In this document: one piece after another, positions 24,126 through 34,460 of the stretch
Position numbering within the stretch: position 1 is the stretch's first letter
How the letters are laid out: the number at the start of each line of letters is the position of its first letter
NCBI GenBank assembly: GCA_026770705.1
Contig: JANJGN010000025.1
Span: forward strand, 31,372,001 to 31,436,000
Length of the DNA: 64,000 nt
Direction: 5' to 3'
Source of the DNA: Isurus oxyrinchus
Taxonomy: Eukaryota
Position numbers and translations under genes: made by a program
Notes under the pieces: generated by a model
Databases searched by the model: none
What the model saw: only the letters and a program-made list of their open reading frames with translations
What the model was told of the DNA's origin: nothing

Positions 24126-25269
24126 ACCATTTACACAACAAATTATTCTTATCAGATACACTTTATATTTCAATAAAATTTCACGCACAAAAATACTGCT
24201 TTGGAGTTCAAAGAATAAACAGCCTGATCAGGGGGAAAACACAAATCGGCCTGTCTGTCTCGTTTTTATATACAAATCATAGCCAATCAAACCTGTGAGT
24301 CTGAAGCTAACGGGGCGTATTTATCTCATGTAACCTCTGTGATATTAGTTCATTTGAATTCACCTCGAAAAGAAAGTGTTCTCTACTCTCAGGCTAGCAT
24401 GCAGTAATTTTATTGCAGTGATTTAACCCTTATAAGTCGCTAGAATGTCCATGGCTAGTGCATTCAAAGAAGTATCGCAAAGGTGTTTTTGCAGGATACT
24501 ATTTCATAGTGTATATCAGCAGCGTATACCATCTCACGGTTGTTAACGGTTAACTATTGATTGAAATGCTCTCCAATCGAAACACGGCGCACTTTTTGAA
24601 ATCCTTCTCCATTTTTGCGTGCCTGTTTATATATTTCAGATCAGTGCTTTTAAATTACCCTGAAACAGTGTAATGGGATTGACCATCCCTTTCCAGGTGA
24701 ATCCGATGATATGCTGTATTAAATGCGTCCCTATGAGCCCACAAATGTGGATTCCGTTATGTTCTGAAGCGACAACTCTTTTCGAAGTTTTGAATTCACG
24801 CATTATATGAAGCAAATGCCAGAATTAATCGTCCATGTAGTTTGTTCTGCGAATATTTTTGTTATTTTGAATTCGATTTGTTCCAAGGGTAATGAAGTTG
24901 GGATTTCTCGAGGGAGTGGAGAATTAGCTCTGCACTTAAATGGTAGTTCATTAATGTGATAAAGAAGACAGCAAATTATAAGGATATTGGCTTTAGGAAT
25001 TCCATATTTTTCTACTTCCATGATATTCATGAAATAACTCAAATTGTTCAGACCTCCGAGTTCCAACTTTACAGTGCCAGGACCAGATATTAAAGCAATT
25101 TTCACAGTTTGGGCCAGCTACAAAGATTGGGCACAGCATTCTCGAGAGGACTTGAGTGCGACTTGGTTTTAGCAAAGGCGGTATAAGCCCATCTCGAGGA
25201 CCTGGTTTGGCACTGTGTTGGCTGGAGCTTAACTCCAAACGTGAATGAAGGCACGGTCCAGATGATCTA

Positions 25270-25935
25270 TACTTCAGTCATGTTAAAATTGACCTGGTCA
25301 GCAAGCAATAGGTAAAAGGTAACATTTTATTTTAAATCAGGAGTGAACAGGAAATCTGCCCTGGGTTAATAATTCCTAGAACGGGGACAAAGAAGAAAAA
25401 AAAACTAGCAGGCAGCGTGGCACGCAGATTAATAAAGCTACCAGATATATATCAAGGTAAAATAATTAAAAGCGAAGAAATGCCACAGAGAGCGATCAAG
25501 GCGAGATGAGAAAGAGCAGAAAAAAAGAGAATTAACATATCTCCAACAACAAGAAATGAGGGCAACAAATGAAGAGTAAATGCCTCAGCACAGGAGACCG
25601 CCAGCTTAGTAGGACACGTCCAATCAAAAGTGTAACATATATACCTTGATGTTTCTGCTTCATTACATCGCTGGTTTATCTGGTTATTTAACACAATTAA
25701 CCCCAAACTAACCAGCTGACAGGGAAATGTGTCATCCAGGGTTATCCTGCAGAATTGAAAAGCATCAGATTTGTTTTCTCCAAAATGCTCTGGGAAGTGA
25801 GGGTCTTTTAATTTAGCAATTGAACCTAACCATTGAAGCAGCACCTGTAGCCTCAGGCCTTATTGGTGGGTTAGCATCTTTACTGATCCGGATTTGTGAC
25901 AGGTTGTGAGATCTGGTTCAACTTCGGCTCAGCGT
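25270..25935. promoter_or_regulatory. Candidate CNEs with TGACCTGGTCA (25290-25300), DR1-like AGGTAA-A-AGGTAA (25310-25322) and CAGCTGACAG
   Basis: Motifs seen directly. Confidence 0.4.
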
Positions 25936-27064
25936 TAGAATGAAGGCCGATTGCAATGGGGGTATTGGCTGGTCGCCTGCTCTTGTTTGGGGGTTGAGTA
26001 TTGGCAGATGCCAGTGCCGATGTTTAACTGGAGGAACTTGGCCATTTGCAGTCCGGTTTGGCGGTGAACATGAAACCTGGGGGGTTGGGGGGGGGGGGGG
26101 GGGGGGGTGGGGAGGAGGGTGGCGGAGGGGTGTGGAATCAACAACGTTCTAGGCAAAGCCTGCACATTCGAGAGTAATTGTGCTCGAGGCCTGAAGACCT
26201 CGGATTAGCAAACTATGATGTAGTAATTCGAATGTAGCTATTAAACATCATTCGCCATTTATGTCGCATGGAAGCTATCTATAAGCAAGTACCCAGCCAT
26301 TCTTACCAATACAAGATGCATTAGTCTTAGCATGAAGGTTTCAGCTATCAATAGTTCTAACAGTTATAGTCACAAAATTGCGACCGTCCTGAACCTATCC
26401 ATGAGCAATTTCACTTCTGTGAAAACTATTAGGTTAAAAAAAAGTTTTGAGAGTTGGAGCGATTTTAACGGTAACGGTAGCACATGAATAGTCGCCAGTT
26501 GCAGTGCTTTGATTGAAATAGCAATGCAGTCAAACGACATCCACCCAAGGCTGCAGAGAGTTTGGGCATTGTCAAGAGATTGTAAGGTTAAAGGCAAGGA
26601 TCGCCCAATTCTACTTTCGAACAGAAGTTCATGCAATGCTTGATGCAATTCAAATACAAATTAAAGCGGGAAAGTAGGCGAAGTCTCTCCTCCTCAGTGA
26701 CAGAAACAAGACGTGCTTCGAGGTGAAACTGAATAACATTGCACATGATAAAAATGTCGTTGATGTTCGAAAATGTGACATATAGAATCGCTGGACGCTA
26801 TTTGTTATTTTTATGTCCCTTTCTTTCTCCGAAGCCCGAAATATCTCTGAAAGCGGTTAAGGCTTGATCGCTCCAGATTTAAGATTCAGTTGGCAATCTG
26901 ATTAGAGAGAGAAAAAAATGCAAACGTAGGGACAGAAACGGTTGATTTTGCGTAGTTGGCGAAGTTCCAAATTGCGATTGACATTTGACACACCTGCGAA
27001 CATGAACGGGTTTCGATAACGATGAGCGAAAATCGTGGACGTGTATGTAGCACATTAGAATCCT

Positions 27065-27330
27065 TCCAGCCTTCCTGTGCCGATTTCACGATGTTACCCG
27101 ATGGACAGGAAGTGCTTTTCTCTGAGACAAATACTTCCATAAAAACAAGGCACATAAGATCGTTGCAGGAAATATCATGAAAGGTCACTTCAGGTTTGAT
27201 TTCTACTCTCGGGCACTGTTTGGGATGGGAACAGATGCAGCTAGCAGACTGGAGATTTAGCGGGGTCAATAGCGCCTTGCCCTTTTGTAGGCTATTTTAT
27301 TCTGGGAGAGTTGGCTTTCTCTTAGCTTTT
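27065..27330. promoter_or_regulatory. ETS-cluster candidate enhancer (CTTCCTGT 27071-27078, ACAGGAAGTG 27105-27114, CAGGAAAT 27166-27173) plus AAAGGTCA (27180-27187)
   Basis: Three ETS cores and an extended nuclear-receptor half-site in about 120 bp. Confidence 0.45.
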
Positions 27331-28454
27331 AAGACTTTGAAAATCATCGAGTTTCGAGAAATCCACGGGACTGACAGAGCAGATTCAAAATGCAGTATCC
27401 TTCTTGGTGAAAGTGATTTTGCCACCCCTGCGAACGTCTGCTGGAGGGAATATTGCATGCTGTCTCTTTATATAATAGCAGTTACATTGCCATAGCTAAT
27501 ATTGAAGAGTAACATCTCAGTACTTCCTGGAAAGTATTATTTCGGAAGGTGCAGTGACTGTTGTTATGTATGCAAACATATAAGTTTCGGCGCACAGGAA
27601 AGGCAAATAGCAACGTGGAGCGGTCACTTTTGCACTCAGTACATATCCAAAGAAGCTCCTGACCAATACAAATGTCAATATGAGCATGCACTAACGTTGC
27701 AGTTATACTACAGGTAGCCTCAGACGCGATGCGCAGCTGACACACTGGAGAGTCACCGCCGGCTATACCAAGGTCCGCCACACAGGAGTTCCATGCACGC
27801 ACCTAAAAAAAAAGCTTGTAATATTGGGGAGTGCACCCCCACTTCCTCCTAACATTCAAAACTCCGAAAAATATGTCGAAAAAGTGTCCGAAAGATCTAA
27901 CAGCCACGTCCTTTGAAAATTCAGTTTGCTCTGGGACGAAGTTATACTGCATTCAGTGCAAATCCCAAACAATATGAGCCCCAAACAAATAGAATTAGTA
28001 TACCAAGGGACCAGACTTCTCACCTACCTTTGGGTTGTAAGATATAGTCAAAACTTTTAAGTCGCAATGTAAAAAGTAACAGCATAGCTAATTTACTGAG
28101 GCAACAAGTACATTCTTCAAGTTACAAAGATGATATTTATAATGTATTTATGTTGAAAACTCCACGACTCACTGAGAAGTTATCGAAGAAACTGGTTACT
28201 AGTCGAGGATGAACTTTGTGTTTGTTGCTTATGATATGGAAACTCTTAACAAATTGGCAATGTGATGGGGAGCTGATAGGATCTTCAACGGACAAAAGAA
28301 AAATTAGACTGGTTGGTTACAAAGATCCGGAAGAAGTAACCGTGCAGAAATCGACGAGAAAATCTCAATTGTGCGCTTTAGTTAAGCATCAATAAATTGT
28401 TAATGAATTGACAATTCAACACTTTTGGCTGGTTCATTTGCACTCCAGCTCTAG

Positions 28455-29000
28455 CCCATGAAGCTTGACTCAGTGGTAGCATTCTTGCCTCTGCATCAGA
28501 GGTTATGGGTTCACGCTCTACTGTCGGACTTGGAGTAAAAAAATTAAGCCAATGTTCCGATGCAGTATTGAGAAATGATTTTACTTTTTTCTGGAAGAGC
28601 TGACTTTCAAAGCAGAAACTAATCTGAGGTCCTGTGTGTCTATTCGGTTCAAGAAGGCAGCTCACCACCGTCTGCTCGAAGGCACCTAAGGGTGGGCAAT
28701 AAACGCTGGTCCAGCCAGCGGCGCCCATATCCCATCAATTAATATGAAAAAAAATGTAAAAGATCAGAGATTCACTATTTGAAGAAGAGCAGAGAATTTT
28801 CCTGGTGACCTGGTCGACACGCGGCCCTCAGCCAAAATGGATTAACTGCCCATTTGTTTTATTTGCTGCTTCTGGGATATTATTGTGTGCAAATTGTTTG
28901 TTGCAATTGTCTCCTTAACAACAGTGATTGCAATTAATTAAATGCCTACGAAACAGCTCGAGGCATACCAAGGACATCAATACAGGTTGTTTAATTCTTT
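28455..29000 (+). mobile_element. tRNA-derived Deu-domain SINE (SacSINE1/AmnSINE1-related), decayed and interrupted by a LINE 3' end
   Basis: A-box-like TGACTCAGTGG (28466-28476), B-box-like GGTTCACGCTC (28508-28518), Deu-like core TGTAAAAGATC...CACTATTTGAAGAAGAGCAG...GTGTGCAAATTG. Colinear with the copy at 54350-54795. Confidence 0.8.
28645..28754 (+). mobile_element. 5'-truncated LINE 3' end nested in the SINE
   Basis: CGGTTCAAGAAGGCAGCTCACCACC...GGGTGGGCAATAAACGCTGGTCCAGCCAGCGGCGCCCATATCCCATC plus an A-tail. Matches the 3' end of the LINE at ~59235-59340. Confidence 0.85.
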
Positions 29001-29514
29001 CCTTGGTTCCATTTGAGTTAAATTTTAATTGGACTATATGGAATCTAGTAAGAACATTTCGCAAGTTATTAGTAAGAATAAAACTCACTATTATAACTTT
29101 TTCTAAGATTCAAAGAATGACGATTGCCAATCTGCCTCAGTTGCCTACTTTAGCCAGTAACCTGTGTGATGTTCTTGCAGGGGAACTGAGGGTTGTGCTT
29201 TGCAACACTTTCCACTCTCTCCAACTAGGAGAGAGACCTGTGAATGTTCTGTAATTACTGTTAATCCGGCAGTGTGGCCGAGAGCTGGGGGGTGGGGGGG
29301 GGGGGGGGGGGACAAGGAATTCCCTGTGCATCAAGGTTGGGCTAGCACCTGTATATGAAGGGATAAGTTAGCCTATATAATGCGGCACGGGATAGACCCT
29401 ATGCATTGCTATGTGCACAACCTCTTCAACAAAGCGCCATACACTAAGTCCCACATTAACATTACACACCAGCACTGGACTGCAGTGAAAACCTATATAC
29501 TGTTAATCAGGCAG

Positions 29515-29670
29515 CATCGGTGAAAAGATAGGCAAACTTAATGACCAAAACGCTAACTCTGTTTCTCTCTCTACAGATGCTGCCTGATCTACTGAGTATT
29601 TCCAGCATTTCCTGTCTTTTTTCCCCTCACATTTCCAGCAACGACAGCATTTTGCTTTTATTTTCCTGTA
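29515..29670 (+). mobile_element. Penelope-like element terminal-repeat remnant
   Basis: AAACGCTAACTCTGTTTCTCTCTCTACAGATGCTGCCTGATCTACTGAGTATTTCCAGCATTT resembles the abundant shark Penelope-like terminal motif (from recollection). Confidence 0.6.
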
Positions 29671-31319
29671 TGCATCTTATATTTCGCAGATTTTTAGAAA
29701 CATTAAACATACCGATTTTTCAATCTCAACCTGTAATCGTTTTTGTTGGAAGAAAGGGAAAATGTTTCCGCATTGAAAATTTAGGGCCAAGAGAGGGGTT
29801 TTAAAACTAATTTACGCTGGATTGCAGTTATACTACATCCTGCGCGAACTCCAGAGAGTATGCGAGTACCCATCGGATGTGAGTTCAGACATCTCATGTT
29901 ACTTGCACTTGAATCAGATCGATGCCGAACCCTAAGTTATACTGCTGGTTTCATTTGGATGAATACTCAAAAGAGATTCGCATTGATTTGAAAGTGATTG
30001 CATGATGGTAATTAAAATTTAATTTCGTATGCTTTCCATCTTTTTTTTGTCAACTTCTATTAAAAGACATTGGTTTATATGATTTGGTGGGTGAGCTACT
30101 GAGTGCCACAGTAACCCCGATCACAGGAGTGTAGAGAACATTCACATGGCATCTGTAGTGTTGCTGAAAAGCGGTTCTCCGTCAAGCACTGCTAAAGTCA
30201 GTGCGTAAAAACAGCGTAAATTGTAATTCGCATCAATGCCTAGTTTCCGTATTCACAGCTGAATTGTAGATCCCAGACCAAATCAGTTCTCTGCAGTTCA
30301 TCTTCAAAGGCTAAGGAAAGGAGCTAAGGCGTATGTTGTTTCCAGAACTGTCTGTCCGATTTGGGGATAATAGAAATATATGTCATGGTTATAAATATAG
30401 CGAAACTATTTGTGTGCATACTTCGTGACCTCCTGACGTCACCATACACACATTAAGATGCTGTGACACGATTGAGCCACTATCAGGACTTTGAAGATGC
30501 CGATAAGAATTAACCCAGCAACCCTCCAGCTTCAATAAAGGGAAAGTGACTGTGTCAAAACTTTCACGCCCAGGCTTCTTCTGGAAATTATGAACTTGAC
30601 TATTTTTCTGTGTATTTTTTTCATGTTAATGCCCGTATAAAACACTATTCCGCACTTCACACGTATTGACTCTTCTGTAACATTATCTTTTGAAGGAAGG
30701 TACATCCCTTCATGTTTCGAGGGCTCTGGAAGTTCAGTGTCTTCTCCCAGACTGCTATTCCAGTGGTGACAGAAACAATGTGCCAATACTAGAAGAGAAC
30801 AGGGCACAGCCAAGCTAATCTACATAACTTTTAATTGTTAGAGAGATTTGATTCACGAAGGTTAGCAATGTATAATTAGTAAATATACATCTCTTTCATA
30901 GCTGTTATAACAATACGATTTTTTATGCGGAATGAAGGCCGTCTGACGGAAACTGCTATTGACATCAGGCGGCTGACCGGCAGTTTTCACAGAAAAGTGC
31001 ACAGAATCATGGGCTGAAATTTCCCCACAACATCGGCGTAAATATAGGAATCCTATACGACGAAATTCTAATTTGATTCATTGTTTCATTATAAACCACG
31101 GCTCCCCATTGTAAACGAGAGCATTGCATATTCTCTATCTCACGTCACTGATAAAAAAAATCGTTAAGTCCCACTTATTAAAAGCAGGATTTGGCTTATT
31201 TAACCATTTTAAACTGGTAACCTTTTAAATAGCTTGTGCCCATTAAAGAATACATCTTGCATTGCACATTATTATTTGAGGTTACAGAATGGAACTAACC
31301 ATTTACCCATTTACCACAG

Positions 31320-31665
31320 TCCTAGTGGTGCAAATTACTTAGTCAGAAGAAGGGTATTCCTGAAACACACACAGACCAGGAAGGCGCATTATACAAGCTG
31401 TTCTCAGCTATGTTAGTGATCAGGGTGCTACAATTGGATAGATTGGGGGTGGGGGGGGGGGGGGGGGGGGGGGGTTGGTGGTGGTGGTTGTCCATGCGTC
31501 CCATTACTGATCGCTATTCGGCTCCCTACACGAAGTGCGTATGTTTGGACTCCGGCTGAGGGCTTAACCTGGTGCGATAGCCCCCCCCGAGGTTGTGTCT
31601 AATGTCAACAATTGCCCTTAAGGCTCACATTTGAATCTCGGCCACTTGGGTGAAATAACGAGGAA
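31320..31665 (+). mobile_element. Ancient SINE relic (family uncertain, possibly AmnSINE2-like) with an internal G24 tract
   Basis: Ordered blocks ACAGACCAGGAAGG, GCTGTTCTCAGC, GGTGCTACAATTGG, CTGATCGCTAT, AGGCTCACAT and GGCCACTTGGGTGA resemble a recalled chondrichthyan SINE consensus. Confidence 0.5.
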
Positions 31666-32729
31666 AACGTGAAGTTCATGGAACCACATCCCAACAAGAA
31701 TGCCTTCAGCAGTGTAGAGACAATTAGCTAGAAACGGAAGAACAAAATATATAGGTGTTTTCGCCCCGAAACAATTACTGTTTGCTCTGTAACACACTTG
31801 ATATGCGCGCCTCTTAGGCACAGTCCTCTGTAAAGTGTAGAAAATCACTTATAGGGTTAGCATGTGAGCACTGTAGCACCGAGGAGATAACTGAATCTGC
31901 AAAATAATTTATGCAAAAATAGCAAGAGGATGATTGACAGTTTAGGGGTAATCACCTCTCATTCAATTAAAATATGTACATTTTTCACATGATTTATTTT
32001 GCAGTAACTACCTCTTGTGCAAACTTGTCAGATAAAAAAAAGTCAGTATTATGCAACAACGTATAGTTACGTTGTCAGTCTCCCCTCAAGTATATTTCAC
32101 CGATTATTTTTTTATGACTACAATTAACAGCTGACTACTAGAGATTGTACTTCGGCAACCAAAAATTAACTTTGAAAATCGGGGAATCCCCGCTCCAATG
32201 TTTTAGGGGAATATTTGTGAGCAGGTTTAAAGTTTTAGATATAAACTTTATAGCCAAAAATTTCAATGGAAGTTTCACTACTGTTTTGAGAGCGCATGTC
32301 CGTCAAGAAGAGAAAAAATAATTGGTGTTAATTTTATATAGAAGTATCACTGAATTATCCATTTCAGGCAACACTTGATATTAAACGTTCCTCCCCACAC
32401 CCAACCGCTGTATGTTGCATACGGTTTTGGAAAGGGTAGCCTACAACTGTAGTTGTCATACACTCATTTTTTCCCCCGAAAAACAACTTTTCTGGTGTGA
32501 AAAGAAATGTGTTTATCAATGAATGTCCTCGGATGGCTCTCTACACCGTCGTGCAAAGAGTCCAGGGACAAAGTAGACGCCACGAACAGACCACTAAGTT
32601 AAGGAGGCCAGCAAAATAACATCCGGATACAAATGACACTATGCAATGGCGGAGAACATTTTACCATTTTAATGAGCAATCCTTCGCCAATGACCAAACT
32701 GAAACCATGCCTTTCCATGAAAATGCGAA

Positions 32730-32810
32730 AGATAAGAAAGGATTGCATTTATATAAAGCGGCTTTTCAGGGACCACGGGGCAAAATAAGGGATTTGTAAA
32801 CAAAACAAGC
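32730..32810 (-). mobile_element. Decayed SINE/L2 3' tail
   Basis: AAGAAAGGATTGCATTTATATAAAGCGGCTTTTCAGGGACC resembles the reverse complement of the SINE tail at ~54745-54793. Confidence 0.45.
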
Positions 32811-33929
32811 CTCGGAAAAATGAAATTTGTTTTTTTTTTAAATATCGTGCATAAAGTCCTTTCGAAGGACAATGACATTGATCAACTTGTAAATTAAAAC
32901 ATTTGCCTTCAATTTCCTCTTGCCAGTCAACATGTTGAAACCTCACTTTGAAGAACCCTTGAAGAGGTTGTGACAGGGCAGATAATAATATTGAACATGT
33001 GAGTGTGGGGCTGTTGAGATATGCAAGGCAGCAAATGAGATCCACTTATTTTTGCCAACAGAAGTTCCCCCTCTTCACGTCACTATTAGTTGCCACATGT
33101 TCAAACACGTTTCTGGTTTCTTTGCTTCAGCGCTTCCTTAAGGCTGGCAGTATCTCCAGCAGGGACCGGGGACATGGAGACAGGCTAAGGCTGTGATCTG
33201 AGATCCGTGCCACGACAGAAAGTTATAACAATATAAGTCTGTTGGACATGCCGGCTGGGCTGTCAGTTTTAATTTGTGCATGACCTACTGGCCGAAAAAT
33301 GGGATAGAAGTGGCAGAAAGTGGGACTGAAGGCTAGTATTATTGCTTTGACAGCTTCACTCATCTAGAAGTAATGCAAAATGCAATTTATATTTATACTC
33401 CCTGACCTCCTGCTCCAAGAGGAAAGTATCTAATGAAGGGCCACTAAGGCAGGGGAGAAGCAGCCTTAAGTTCAGCTGGAATTTGTCTACATTGTTATTC
33501 TTCAACTGTTTAATTACAGTCCAAACGTAAATCAAACACCGAAGAGGGCAATGGAGCCTGAAGTCTTACCATTGTTTCTTTGGGGGGCTTTGGTAGGGCA
33601 GGAAGGAATAGGGAGTCCCAGGGATGTTCTGCAGGATGTCTGCTAAAACTCTTTATTAGATAAATGTTCGAGCAACACTCCTGGCGTTTGTTTTTTCCCT
33701 CGAGACCCAGTCACTGAACTATGCTGACTTTTCACCGTAGCGCCAATGGCCAAACGTTAGATATTCTGGAGCAGCGCCAGGGAAAGGCTTGGGTTCACAC
33801 CAAAGTAAACACAATCATGTCTTCTAGCTTTGTACACACTGAATACGATCTGCAAAATATGTGTTTGCTGCCATCATATGTCTCTTTTTTTTATTCTTTC
33901 TCCCTTTTAATCCACAGACCCGTGCTTCT

Positions 33930-34460
33930 GCTTGTCCTATAATCCCGTGGCATGTGCTGATGACATCACATGATGTCCATTGCCGGCAACATCCAGTCCC
34001 CTGCAACTGTCATTTAATGCTGCAAGCAAATGAAAAATGACTGTGAGACTCACTGGCTCCCAGAAGTGACCTTGAGTATTATTAGAATGACCTCCCATCG
34101 GTTTGACCAGAAGACCTTTGATATCTGCATGAAGAAAATATACGAGTGAGATGCCTCGTCTACCAATAGAAAGGACAATAGTCAGCGAGAACAGTACAAA
34201 GCTAACTCTAAGTTGCAGCTCATTGCTACCAACATTAAAAAGTGATCACTGTACACAACTTGAATCTTTGTTACCATTGCTTTGAGAATTCTGTTTTTAA
34301 TGTACATCATTAGTTTCTTATATTAATTTAAAAAGCCCCAGGCTTATAAAGGAAATATAGTCTCTGTCAGTTGGAAATGAATCTGATAGTCGATAAGAGT
34401 TTAACTCCTCTCAAGGAGCATTTTATTACAGGTTATGGCAAGCTATAGAGTCAGGAAGAA
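33930..34460. promoter_or_regulatory. Candidate CNE: palindrome GACATCACATGATGTC (33962-33977), TGACCTTGA (34067-34075), TGACCT, TCF site CCTTTGAT (34115-34122)
   Basis: High-quality motifs clustered in about 170 bp, followed by a homeodomain-rich block. Confidence 0.5.

Noticed and set aside
28460-28525. tRNA gene (A/B-box-like motifs; also 54350-54420 and 51560-51650)
   Set aside because: These are degenerate SINE heads continuing into SINE bodies, with no cloverleaf.
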